Below the pieces are notes generated by a model, which was given only the letters and a program-made list of their open reading frames with translations, was not told where the DNA came from and did not search any database. Below are positions 20,998 through 30,521 of a DNA stretch of 64,000 nt, piece after piece. This DNA is from Desulfobacterales bacterium (GTDB lineage Bacteria; Desulfobacterota; Desulfobacteria; Desulfobacterales; UBA2174), in NCBI GenBank assembly GCA_963668645.2, contig CAXXWC010000021.1, positions 608,001 through 672,000 on the forward strand, written 5' to 3'. Made by a program: the position numbers and the translations under genes. How positions within the stretch are numbered: position 1 is the first letter of the stretch; the number at the start of each line of letters is the position of its first letter.

Positions 20998-23079
20998 TTA
21001 CTGAGCCGCGGGCCGGTAGCCCATGGGCAGCTTCTTGAAGCGGCCGCCGTAGATGATCGGATCGCCTTTGTATCCCAAGGCCTTGAAGTCGATATAGTCC
21101 GTAGTGCCGACCAAATGGCTCACATCGCGCCCCTGGGAGGCCATCCAGGAAAAGTCGGTCCCCTTGTGAGCCAGCGTCTTGAAGTCCACCTCGCGGCTAT
21201 CCTGGTGGCAGCGGTCGCAGGTGCGCTCGCCCTTGAGGCTCTCGTGGCACTGGACGCACGACAGGGCCATGCCGGCCGGCATCACCTCGTGCTCCACCCC
21301 CCAGTACATCCATGTCTCGACCCATTTGTAGTCCCCGCTGTAGGCCATGCCTGCCGCCTGCATCCCATCCACAAAAGCTTTTTGCCAGTCGAGGTTTTTC
21401 CAGTAGGCGGTCTTGTCCTCCTTGTTGCGGGGAAAAAGGTGGGGCACGAGCAGGTAGCCGTATTTGGCGTCCGCCGGCTGGATCCCCTTCATGATCTTGA
21501 ACGGGGAAATTTTCGAATTGGGATCCGTGATCGACCCCACCGGCTCTGCGATGTTGGTGACCGGGGCATCCAGATCGATACGATCGCCAAGTAGCACGCG
21601 CTTGAAAAACCCGCCCTGCCAGCGGTAGACCGGTTTGGCCGACTCTTGCCAGAGAAACTCGCCCTTTCTCCAGTCGTAGTCCACCATCCCGTACTTGTCT
21701 TTTTCCGGTTTGCGCTGTTTGTCGCCGGCCTTGGACCAGTCCCACCAGACCTTGGTCGGCTTGCACTTGGCGTAGACCGGCGAATGGCACGTGTTGCACT
21801 CTATGTTTTGCGTATGCTTGTTGAGATGGTGGTCCAGAATATCGTTGCCGTAATGGGGCTTTTCCCCATGGCAGTGCTGGCATTCGAGGGCCCCTTCCAC
21901 CGCCGGCACCGAAGAGGAACGCCCGGCGATGCGGTGGTTGCGCGTCTCGTGGCACTCCGCGCACTGCATGTCATAACCGCCCATATGCACGTCACAGTTA
22001 CGGTTGGGCTGCAGGAGCTGGCGGGACATGTCGGCGTGCTTGACCGCCTCGCCGCCCCCGCCGTTGAAATGGCACTCGCCGCAGGTCTTACGCGAGCTGT
22101 GGCCCACGCTCTGGGCCACTTTGACCAGATCGACCTTGGGATCGGGCATCCCGGCCGCCGGCGGGGCCTTCTTATAAGTGCCGGTGGTGTCGTGGCAGAC
22201 GAGGCAGTCGATGCGGGTCTTGTCGCCAAAATCGAAGCCGGCGTCCTTCCAGCCGTAACCCGCGTGGCAGGACGTGCAGCGTGCCTCGTTGCTGGCCACC
22301 GCCACGCAGAAATTGTTGACGGCGGTGGTGGCCTTGCCGTGTATGACCTCCTTGCGATGGTCCAGGGTATAGGCCGAGTGGCCTTTCCAGAGCCAGTGGG
22401 CCGTGGAGAGCATATCCTCGCCGGCCGCGTCGTGGCAGCGCAGGCACTCGGCGGTCACATCCCAGGGTTTGGGATCGGCCGGCAGTTTGACCAACTCTTT
22501 GTGGTCCGGCACGTTTTTCGGATGGCAGCCGGCGCAGTCCACCGGCCCTTTGGCTTCGCTGCGGTGGCACTCGATGCACTGCTGGTGGTAGGCCGCCTTG
22601 AGCCCGAGGCGTTCGGGGTGATCGGCGCGAAACGATTCCTGGTGGCAGGCGCTGCACCGTACCGTCTCGGCGGCCGCCTTGTCCGTGGGCCGGTAATGGT
22701 GGCAAAGCGCGCAATCCTGGATGGCCGCGGCGTGCTTGGTGTGCATGAAGCGCACCGGCCCGTAATGGTCTTCGCGCTTTTTGATGATGGGGCTGTCGAG
22801 CAGAAAATAGCTGTGGGTGATGTCCTTGACCCCCAGGCCCATGTCTCTCAGACGCTGCTGGCGGCAGAGCAGGCACTCGTCTACCACCGTATCGACAAAC
22901 GGGACCACCTTCCCGGCCCGCTCCCGGGCTTCCTCCTGGTCCGGGGCTTTCCAGTCGGGACTCAGCGCCAGTTCGTCGGCATTCGAGGCCCCGGCCGCCC
23001 ACGCCGGAGCGGCCATAAGCAGAGCCGTCAGGGCGGCCATAACGAGCACCGGCCTTGCCAATAGCAATCGGTTTATCAT
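20998..23079 (-). CDS. Multiheme cytochrome: cytochrome c3 domain fused to tetrathionate-reductase-family octaheme domain
   Basis: Signal peptide; 13 CxxCH motifs; V.F.H..H c3 pattern; HWLW, NNFC, CHAGYGW, DVHMG octaheme patterns. Confidence 0.88.
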   Translation of the reverse strand: MINRLLLARPVLVMAALTALLMAAPAWAAGASNADELALSPDWKAPDQEEARERAGKVVPFVDTVVDECLLCRQQRLRDMGLGVKDITHSYFLLDSPIIKKREDHYGPVRFMHTKHAAAIQDCALCHHYRPTDKAAAETVRCSACHQESFRADHPERLGLKAAYHQQCIECHRSEAKGPVDCAGCHPKNVPDHKELVKLPADPKPWDVTAECLRCHDAAGEDMLSTAHWLWKGHSAYTLDHRKEVIHGKATTAVNNFCVAVASNEARCTSCHAGYGWKDAGFDFGDKTRIDCLVCHDTTGTYKKAPPAAGMPDPKVDLVKVAQSVGHSSRKTCGECHFNGGGGEAVKHADMSRQLLQPNRNCDVHMGGYDMQCAECHETRNHRIAGRSSSVPAVEGALECQHCHGEKPHYGNDILDHHLNKHTQNIECNTCHSPVYAKCKPTKVWWDWSKAGDKQRKPEKDKYGMVDYDWRKGEFLWQESAKPVYRWQGGFFKRVLLGDRIDLDAPVTNIAEPVGSITDPNSKISPFKIMKGIQPADAKYGYLLVPHLFPRNKEDKTAYWKNLDWQKAFVDGMQAAGMAYSGDYKWVETWMYWGVEHEVMPAGMALSCVQCHESLKGERTCDRCHQDSREVDFKTLAHKGTDFSWMASQGRDVSHLVGTTDYIDFKALGYKGDPIIYGGRFKKLPMGYRPAAQ

Positions 23080-24281
23080 GCCGACACCTCCCGGGCCGGC
23101 GCCGAAAGCACCGGCAGATGGGTGACCAGAAAACGGTAGATGAACATCAGGGTGGAAATCAGGCCCACCGTGATGAGAATTTCGCCCACCGCCGGAAAGT
23201 AACTCGACTCGCTGACCGGTGGCTTGTAAGCCACCACGAAGACATTGACCCGGTTGAGCAGCACCCCGCCCACGATCATGGCGCAGGCGGCGAACAGGGC
23301 ACGCCGGTTGCGGCGCACCCGATCCGAGATCAGCATCAGCCAGGGCGCGATCACCCCCAGGAGCATCTCGACCAGAAACGCGTTGGTCTGGGCCGTGCCG
23401 TCTAAAAGGTAGACATAGGTGCCGCGCACCACCATGTCACCTATTTTGAGGGCCATGTAGAAACCGAGCAGATAGATGGTCAACCGCGTCAGGGGCCCCA
23501 GGACCCGCATCTCGCCGTCAAGCTTGAAAGATGCAGTGGCGATGGTGGTTTCGAAGACCACCATGGGGTAGCCCACCGCGATGGCCGAGGTGAGAAACAG
23601 CAGCGGCAGAATCGGGGTATACCAGAGCGGATGGACCTTGGTGGGCGCCACCAGCATCAGAGAGCCGAGACTCGACTGGTGCATGCACGAGAGCACCACC
23701 CCGGCGATGACAAAAACCCACATGGTCTTGCCCAGGACCCTGTCGGCCAGGTTCAACAGCGCTTCTGCCAATCTGTTGAGACCGGCCAGGGCCCCGGGCA
23801 GGTTCACCCGGCCCTTGAACTGTTCCACCACCACCGGCACGAACTCGATGTAGAGCACGTTGAGGTAGAACATGACGCACATGGCCACCTCGAAGAGCAC
23901 CGAATCGAAGTTCCAGAAGACCATCGGCTTCCAGATGGCCCAGGAACGGCCGATGTCCACCAGCAGGCCGAGCACCACGAATGTGTAGCCCAGCATGGCG
24001 GTGAGCAGGGCCGGGCGTACCACCGGTTCGTAGTAATGGCGGCCCACGATATGGGCCAGAAAGGCGGTGGTGAAACCGCCGGCAGCCAGGGCCACGCCCG
24101 AGGCCACATCTACGCCGATCCACAGGCCCCAGGGCCGGGCCGTGGAAAGGTTGGACACGTAACCGAGCCCGCCGATAAAGCGGGCTGCGATGGCCGCGGC
24201 CCCGGCGGCCATCAGCACGGCCAGCACCACCACCCCCGGGGTCCAGAAGCGGGTTTTCAATGCATAGGGTTGATGGGTCAT
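23076..24281 (-). CDS. NrfD/HybB-family integral membrane subunit
   Basis: [38 protein letters not shown]. Confidence 0.9.
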   Translation of the reverse strand: MTHQPYALKTRFWTPGVVVLAVLMAAGAAAIAARFIGGLGYVSNLSTARPWGLWIGVDVASGVALAAGGFTTAFLAHIVGRHYYEPVVRPALLTAMLGYTFVVLGLLVDIGRSWAIWKPMVFWNFDSVLFEVAMCVMFYLNVLYIEFVPVVVEQFKGRVNLPGALAGLNRLAEALLNLADRVLGKTMWVFVIAGVVLSCMHQSSLGSLMLVAPTKVHPLWYTPILPLLFLTSAIAVGYPMVVFETTIATASFKLDGEMRVLGPLTRLTIYLLGFYMALKIGDMVVRGTYVYLLDGTAQTNAFLVEMLLGVIAPWLMLISDRVRRNRRALFAACAMIVGGVLLNRVNVFVVAYKPPVSESSYFPAVGEILITVGLISTLMFIYRFLVTHLPVLSAPAREVSA

Positions 24282-25198
24282 CTCCCGCCTCCTTGTTCGT
24301 CCTCAGGGTAGACCCCATTCTTGTGCGAGGTCCACATGATCCCGCCCAGCAGGCCGTAAAGCACGATGGGCGACCAGAGATAGGAAAAGAGGGTGTGCTG
24401 GATGGTCTCGGCCAGTCTGGGCGTCGGTTTGTCCGGCACATCGATGAAACCGAGCTTTTCAAAGGGCACTCCGGAGATGTACATCCAACTCGTCCCGCCG
24501 ACTTCCTTTTCCCCGTATATGCGGTCTATGTATCGCACCGGATTGTCCTTGATCCGATTCTTGGCCACCTCCAGCAGGGTGCTGCGCCGGCCGAAGGTGA
24601 TGGCCTCGGTGGGACAGATCTCGGCACACCCCGGCAGCCCGCCCGCCTTGCTGATACGCTCGTAACAAAAGGTGCACTTCATGACCCGCGGGGTGACCGG
24701 ATCGTGGTATTCGTAGGCCGGTATCTCGAAGGGGCAGGCCACCATGCAATAGCGGCAACCGATGCACTTGGTCACGTCATAGTGGACCGTCCCGTTTTCC
24801 TTCTTGCTCAGTGCCCCTACGATGCAGGCCGAGGCGCATGCCGGCTCCTGGCAGTGCATGCACTGGATCTTGACAAAGGTGGGCACCAGCTGATTGCCGG
24901 CATCGAGCCGGCCGGGAAAGTAGCGGTTGACCACCGTGTACGCCTTGGCATCCGGCCGGCGCAGGCGGTTGAGCACGGTGGGATCCTCGAAGGACCGGTC
25001 CGGCGGCGGCAGCCCGTTGACCCGGTTGCAGGCCTCTTCGCATTTGCGGCAGCCGATGCAGCGGGTCAGGTCGATCAGACATCCGTACGGATCACCGAGG
25101 GGGGCCGCCGCGGCCTGGGCCTTGGAGGACGGGCTGGCCGCCGCCGCGGCCCCTGCGGCTCCCGCAATCTTGAACAACCCGCGTCTGGTCAGCTTCAT
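24278..25198 (-). CDS. HybA/NrfC-like 4x[4Fe-4S] protein with Tat signal
   Basis: TRRGLFK Tat motif; CIGCRKC, CMHC.EP.C, CIGCRYC, CTFC...C..CP. Confidence 0.9.
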   Translation of the reverse strand: MKLTRRGLFKIAGAAGAAAAASPSSKAQAAAAPLGDPYGCLIDLTRCIGCRKCEEACNRVNGLPPPDRSFEDPTVLNRLRRPDAKAYTVVNRYFPGRLDAGNQLVPTFVKIQCMHCQEPACASACIVGALSKKENGTVHYDVTKCIGCRYCMVACPFEIPAYEYHDPVTPRVMKCTFCYERISKAGGLPGCAEICPTEAITFGRRSTLLEVAKNRIKDNPVRYIDRIYGEKEVGGTSWMYISGVPFEKLGFIDVPDKPTPRLAETIQHTLFSYLWSPIVLYGLLGGIMWTSHKNGVYPEDEQGGGR

Positions 25199-25232
25199 GG
25201 CAACTCCTTGATCACTGGTCATTGGTCAGTCG

Positions 25233-25475
25233 TCATCGTTCATCTGCGGCGTGCTTTCGGATATGCAGGCAGAGGATCTCTCCTTGCCGCTGCTCCTCGA
25301 TGATCCGGTCCCGGTGCCGCCGGGCCAACTGGCGAATGGTGGCGGCCACCTCCGGATCCTCGACCTGCACCACCAGTATTTGCCCGGGAGCAAGATGCGT
25401 GAGCCGCTGCTGGTATTCCAGCAGGCAGATCGGCCATCCGACACCGACCAGATTGAGCTGGTGCGATGAATTCAC
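25233..25475 (-). CDS. TusA/SirA-like small protein with an atypical motif
   Basis: LNLVGVGWPICLL..L..GQIL.V.V.DP..I...IRK pattern; GTG start after GGAGG. Confidence 0.7.
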   Translation of the reverse strand: MNSSHQLNLVGVGWPICLLEYQQRLTHLAPGQILVVQVEDPEVAATIRQLARRHRDRIIEEQRQGEILCLHIRKHAADER

Positions 25476-25505
25476 AACCTTCGCCTCCCATTTGCCATGG
25501 AGCAC

Positions 25506-25522
25506 AGCAAAGTCCGTGCCGG
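25506..25522 (-). promoter_or_regulatory. Sigma54 (-24/-12) promoter of the TusA-like/cytochrome operon
   Basis: Minus strand CCGGCACGGACTTTGCT vs consensus YTGGCACGN4TTGCW; divergent sigma54 activator adjacent. Confidence 0.8.
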
Positions 25523-25660
25523 TGGCAACGGCGCCCCTGCGCCTCTTTAACCGGCAGATATTCTTATATTTATTTTTTCCCTACCCCCATCTTGTCAACC
25601 TTGTCCACCTGTTGTATCTAAACGATCGTTTAAACACTTAAACACATCGATGGGAACGCC

Positions 25661-27070
25661 ATGTCCGACAGCCAGCTCAACCGATACTGGAAACGCATTG
25701 TCGATACGATGAACGACGGGCTGATGATCATCGGCACCGACGGCACCGTGATCTCGGCCAACCGGGCCTTCGAGCGTATCACCGGATACCTGGCCGAAGA
25801 GGTGGTGGGCCATTCGTGCACCGTGCTGCACTGCGACGGATGCGAAAAGATGTTCAACCGCGAGGCCCTGGCCTGGTGCGCCCTGTTCGAAAATTGCCAG
25901 GATGTGCGCTGTCACTGCCATCTGCGCGCCAAGGACGGACGGCTGGTGGCGGTGGTCAAAAACGCCTCCATGCTTATGGACGATGAGGGCCGGCCCCTGG
26001 GGGCGGTGGAAACCCTGACCGACATGTCGGAGGTCGACCGTCTCGGAGAGGAGGTGGATCGTCTGGCCCGCCAGATCGACGAAACGGGAGATTTTCACGG
26101 GATCGTGGGACGCTCGACAGCCATGCAGCGGGTCTTCAACGTGATTCAAAAGGCAGCGGCGAGCGATGCGCCGGTGATCATCCTGGGCGAAAGCGGCACC
26201 GGCAAGGAACTGGTGGCCAACGCGATCCATCGCATCGGACCGCGGTGCGAGTCGCCCTTCATGCAGATCAACTGTGCGGCCCTCAACGAGGCATTGCTGG
26301 AAAGCGAGCTTTTCGGCCATATCCGCGGCGCTTTCACCGGGGCCTACCGCCATCGCACCGGTCGCTTCGAGGCGGCCGACGGCGGGGATATCTTCCTGGA
26401 CGAAATCGGCGACATGCCACTCACCCTTCAGGCCAAGCTGCTCAGGGTCCTGGAAACCGGCCGTTTCGAGAGGGTCGGGGACCAGGCTCCAGTCAAGGTC
26501 AATGTGCGCATCATCAGCGCCACCCATCAGGACCTGCACCGGACCATCGCCGAGGGGCGTTTTCGCGAAGATCTGTTTTACCGCATCAACGTAATCCCCA
26601 TCCATCTGCCCCCGCTGCGCCAGCGGCGCGAGGACATTCCGCTGATGGTGGAACACTTCCTGGCCGGTCTGCAGCGGCGCACCGGCAAGACCATTTCCGC
26701 AGTGACCCGTCCGGCCATGGACCATCTCATGGATCATGCCTGGCCCGGCAACGTGCGCGAGCTGAAAAGCGTGCTCGAATACGCCGCCATCATCACCGAC
26801 GGGCCGGCCATCGATCTCGACCACCTGCCGGCCATGCAAAAGGCCGCGCCGCCCGCGCCGTCGGCTCTTGCATCAGAGCAACCCGTCTCCAGCCATGATC
26901 GGTCCGAGCGCGAGGCCCTGATCGAAGCCCTGCGCGCCGCCGGCGGCAACCAGACCCGGGCCGCGGCCCTGCTCGGGGTGACCCGCACCACGGTCTGGCA
27001 CCGGATACGCAAGTACAACATCTCGATCCAGAGCCTGCGGACGTCGACGCCGGCGGATCGCACCGTTTAG
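25661..27070 (+). CDS. PAS-domain sigma54-dependent activator (NtrC/Fis family)
   Basis: PAS domain; GESGTGKE, ESELFGH..GAFTGA, FLDEIG, FREDLFYR, WPGNVREL; Fis HTH. Confidence 0.95.
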   Translation: MSDSQLNRYWKRIVDTMNDGLMIIGTDGTVISANRAFERITGYLAEEVVGHSCTVLHCDGCEKMFNREALAWCALFENCQDVRCHCHLRAKDGRLVAVVKNASMLMDDEGRPLGAVETLTDMSEVDRLGEEVDRLARQIDETGDFHGIVGRSTAMQRVFNVIQKAAASDAPVIILGESGTGKELVANAIHRIGPRCESPFMQINCAALNEALLESELFGHIRGAFTGAYRHRTGRFEAADGGDIFLDEIGDMPLTLQAKLLRVLETGRFERVGDQAPVKVNVRIISATHQDLHRTIAEGRFREDLFYRINVIPIHLPPLRQRREDIPLMVEHFLAGLQRRTGKTISAVTRPAMDHLMDHAWPGNVRELKSVLEYAAIITDGPAIDLDHLPAMQKAAPPAPSALASEQPVSSHDRSEREALIEALRAAGGNQTRAAALLGVTRTTVWHRIRKYNISIQSLRTSTPADRTV

Positions 27071-27220
27071 AAACGCAAACGCCATGGGATGACGCGGTTT
27101 CTTGTCTTTTTTTGCACCGTTGCGCCTTGTACAACCACGGGAACTGTACTATACGCATCATGTTAGTAACATTGTGCGAACTATTCTGTTCGCATTAACG
27201 CTACTCACTTGAGGTGTATC

Positions 27221-28351
27221 GTGAACAACCCCTTTGATTTCAGTGGGATCGTAACCGGACAGGCATTTTGCAACCGGGAGCAGGAAATTGCCGATCTATC
27301 GCATTACTTGCAGGGCCGGCAGAATGTATTGCTCTATTCCCATCGCCGCTATGGCAAGACATCGCTGGTCTACCGCGTGCTGGAAGTCATGGCAGCCGGC
27401 CGCCCCAAAATGGACGGTATCGTCGTTGACCTTTACGGCACCGTATCCGAAAGGGAGTTCGCTGATGCCGTTCTTCAGGGTATCAGCCGCTCGCTACGTT
27501 CGGTCGACCGTTTATTGAAATCAGCCAAGGAACTTCTGTCCGGCCTGCGACTGCAGGTGAGCCTGGATCCGGAAACCGGGGCTGCCACCCTGTCGCTCGG
27601 ACAGGGTGGCAATGCTGCGGAAGGGGTGCTGGACAGCGCCATGGCCGCTCTCGAACGCTTCTCCCGGCGCTCGCCGGTGGCCGTGGTCCTGGACGAGTTT
27701 CAGGAAATCGCCTCGTATGCCGAATCCGCCTTCGAAAAACGGCTGCGGCGCCACATCCAGGGCCACTCCAACATTGCTTACGTTTTTTGCGGCAGCCAGC
27801 GTCACTTGCTCACCGAATTGTTCGACGACCGCAACCGCGCCTTCTTCCGACTGGCGCAACCCTACCCTCTGGGGAAAATCACAACCGAGGCCTACGTGGA
27901 TTGGGCCGGTCCCTTATTCGAGGCCGCCGGAGGCCGCATTGAACCGGACCTGGTACGCGATATCGCGGCCCGCTGCGATCATCACCCTATGTACATCCAG
28001 CAGTTTCTCTTTCACTTGTGGCCGCTGAAGAACCCGTCAGCAATGGATGTGAAGGCTGTCGAGGAGGAAATCCTGCGCCGCAATCACAACAGCTATCTCA
28101 CTCTCTGGGATAACTTGACACTCAACCAGAAAAAGGCTCTCAAACTGGTGGTTGCCAAGAGCGGGCGACAACTTTATGGCGCAGAAACCCTGTCGCAGGC
28201 CGGTTTCAAGGCCGGATCGCAGCTCAAACGCGCCCTGGATGCCCTGACCGCCCGTGATATCTTGGAAAAAAACGGCGATTACCAGATCCATGACGTGCTT
28301 TTTTCACGCTGGGTGGAGCGACTCCCGCTGGCGACAAGCCTTCTCCCCTAA
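27221..28351 (+). CDS. AAA / archaeal-ATPase-family ATP-binding protein
   Basis: NPF..., FCNRE.E, RRYGKTSL Walker A, LDEFQ Walker B; GTG start after GAGG. Confidence 0.85.
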   Translation: MNNPFDFSGIVTGQAFCNREQEIADLSHYLQGRQNVLLYSHRRYGKTSLVYRVLEVMAAGRPKMDGIVVDLYGTVSEREFADAVLQGISRSLRSVDRLLKSAKELLSGLRLQVSLDPETGAATLSLGQGGNAAEGVLDSAMAALERFSRRSPVAVVLDEFQEIASYAESAFEKRLRRHIQGHSNIAYVFCGSQRHLLTELFDDRNRAFFRLAQPYPLGKITTEAYVDWAGPLFEAAGGRIEPDLVRDIAARCDHHPMYIQQFLFHLWPLKNPSAMDVKAVEEEILRRNHNSYLTLWDNLTLNQKKALKLVVAKSGRQLYGAETLSQAGFKAGSQLKRALDALTARDILEKNGDYQIHDVLFSRWVERLPLATSLLP

Positions 28352-28453
28352 ATTCTCACCGCAACTTGCCGACGTGATGTTGAGCGGAAAACTGAAGATC
28401 CAGGGCACCCCCAGGCGCAGCACCGCCGCAAAACCCGTGAGCTAATCGAGGAG

Positions 28454-28639
28454 ATGGGCCTTTCCGGCATCGATCTTAAAAACGATTCCCGGCTCCTCTG
28501 GAAGATCTTCAACAACGTCGACCCGGGCTGGGACTTCCATATTCAGAGCCGAAGAATGGTGATCGACGCCTGCATCGAGGGGCAGGCGGACGGCCATGCC
28601 CGAGAATGGCCCGAGGCCTTGACCTTCGACCCGGCGTAG
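28454..28639 (+). pseudogene. UbiD-family decarboxylase C-terminal fragment
   Basis: LLWKIFNNVDP..D...MVIDAC..G..DGH.REWP resembles the UbiD/MqnL C-terminus; rest of gene absent. Confidence 0.65.
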
Positions 28640-28818
28640 TGCTTGGGACGGTCTGAGAAGCGGCAATATATTGCTGATAAATTTGATTTTCAGAGAACAA
28701 TTGGCAACATTTTGCCAGTTGCGGAAATTGACTGGGCAGGACGGAAATCAGAATTATTGGCCCGGATACTGGCGAAAGGGCAAGGGCATATTTCCCCGGT
28801 AACCATAGGATATAACAA

Positions 28819-28951
28819 TTGACCCAGTCTCAAGTCTCTGCTATAGCAATCTAAGTTCTGAGTAATTTAACAGCCTTGAGGGCACTCAAAAATGAACTCT
28901 TGCCTCTGAAACCCTGCTTTCCACAACGGATGGCGGGGTTTTGTGTTTTTT
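28819..28951 (+). promoter_or_regulatory. Promoter-RBS-micro-ORF-terminator unit B (candidate sRNA or leader)
   Basis: TTGACC-N17-TATAGC with extended TG; GAGGG; ATG 28892 (MNSCL*); hairpin plus T-rich tail; homologous to unit A. Confidence 0.55.
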
Positions 28952-28967
28952 GGGGGAAAGACGGTCT

Positions 28968-29080
28968 CGCGCAGAGACGCAGTGGCGCAGAGAATGACTG
29001 AATTGGTGACGGATTGATGAAGTCTGGGATCACACGCTGCGTAAATAGCCTTTAAGACTGACTTCCTCTGCGTCTCGGCG
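28968..29080. repeat. CGCAGAG/CTCTGCG-type inverted repeat element
   Basis: cgcgcagagacgcagtggcgcagag ... ctctgcgtctcggcg. Confidence 0.5.
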
Positions 29081-29343
29081 GCATTTCAAGAGTTAGAGTG
29101 TCATTTTTCAGACAATAGATCATTTGCTACTTTCGTTAAATTGGGTATAGGGAATTTCGAATTAAAGTACATATGAACTGAAGCGGTAGTCCGAAATGAT
29201 TGTATACGGAATCATAGTTTCGGATTCAATCCGCTTTGCAGATTTTACGCAAATACATGCAAAAAACCATTCATCGGATTCGACATAACTCCGCATACAA
29301 TCTTAAACGTTATGCAAAAAACTGAACTGAGGAATAGGCAAGA

Positions 29344-30438
29344 ATGAAGATTATGTTCTATCAGTTTCCCATACCCGCTAATTCGCTACTACGGATAGCA
29401 GATATGCTTAGAGACCGTGACGTTTTTACTCCCGGTTTTGATATACGAAATACTGATGTTTACGATCCAGCTACTTACCTTGTACAAAAAGAAGACCATG
29501 ATACGGATACCCGCCTGCTGGCTGATAGAAATCTGCTGACGCGATGGATTAACCTCACAAAGGCAGGTTTAGTGACTGATGAGGTTAAAGCTGCTGTGGC
29601 TGTACTTGTGTTCTGCCAGTGCTGTGGAATAATAGTTGAGCCGAACATTGCACTTTACGAGGTAGCGGCAGAATCAGGGAATGGGGTCGCCAACAGCGAG
29701 GAGGTTTTGTTCAGGGTGGTCGATAATGCTGATCCTCGTGTTTTGGCGGAAGTTGCCCTTGGCAATTTCAACAACGCTCCGCGGTCATTCATAACGCTGA
29801 AAGACATACCGTCAAGCAAAGACATTGACTTCTCCATGCCACTCAGGATGTGGCGCAGAAATTACGTGTTGGCGTTGAAGGCTGCCGCTATTGCATTAGA
29901 TGGCGGACGGACCGAAACGCTTGTGGAAAGACTATTTGACTGGATGTATTCTCAGTACGTGTTCCTTGCCCCTTCAACAGTCCTTGCACTCTCCTATTTC
30001 TCGCCTAATGGTCCTAAGAAAGGGTTGTTCAAGAAAATTCAATCAGACGATCGTGAGCGTGCTATAACGGGAATCAAGAACGCTGCCTGGGACCTAACAC
30101 TGATTCATCAGTGGTTGCATATGGTGCGTGGCCAGCAGACCAACAACACTATCAACTTGCTCGGGTCTCTCGACAGGAAACTACAAACAATTGCGAGGAA
30201 TATATTGGTGTTTACGGACTCTGATGAGGTCGTTGAGGCAGTCCGTCGGGAGACGTTTGACAGTATATGGGGAATAAATTCTAATACCCGGCTTTATTCA
30301 AAAATCATGCAGTATTACGAAGACAGTGAAAATCCCACTCGTTTAGCAAATAGGGTAGATGATCAAGTATCTATCGATGATCTGATTCTCAAAGGTGAGC
30401 AGGAGATTCGAAAATGGCATCCTTCGAACCGCGCATAA
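29344..30438 (+). CDS. Hypothetical protein (integron gene cassette)
   Basis: 364-aa ORF; stop codon inside GCATAAC; complementary GTTATGC at 29309-29315. Confidence 0.8.
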   Translation: MKIMFYQFPIPANSLLRIADMLRDRDVFTPGFDIRNTDVYDPATYLVQKEDHDTDTRLLADRNLLTRWINLTKAGLVTDEVKAAVAVLVFCQCCGIIVEPNIALYEVAAESGNGVANSEEVLFRVVDNADPRVLAEVALGNFNNAPRSFITLKDIPSSKDIDFSMPLRMWRRNYVLALKAAAIALDGGRTETLVERLFDWMYSQYVFLAPSTVLALSYFSPNGPKKGLFKKIQSDDRERAITGIKNAAWDLTLIHQWLHMVRGQQTNNTINLLGSLDRKLQTIARNILVFTDSDEVVEAVRRETFDSIWGINSNTRLYSKIMQYYEDSENPTRLANRVDDQVSIDDLILKGEQEIRKWHPSNRA

Positions 30439-30501
30439 CCCATCGTTCCACCAGATCGGCGAGGACAAGGCGCTCGCCTCCCGCTGAACTCAACGTTCTG
30501 T
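30433..30501 (+). other. attC recombination site
   Basis: R'' GCATAAC, L'' GTTCCACC, inner stem GGCGAG/CTCGCC, L' GCTGAAC, R' GTTCTGT; 69 bp. Confidence 0.78.
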
Positions 30502-30521
30502 GAGAAGATAAGGAAACACCA

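Noticed and set aside
27175..27194. Palindrome tgcgaac-tattct-gttcgca upstream of the AAA ATPase
   Set aside because: Single 7-bp-arm site with no identifiable cognate regulator; too weak to call
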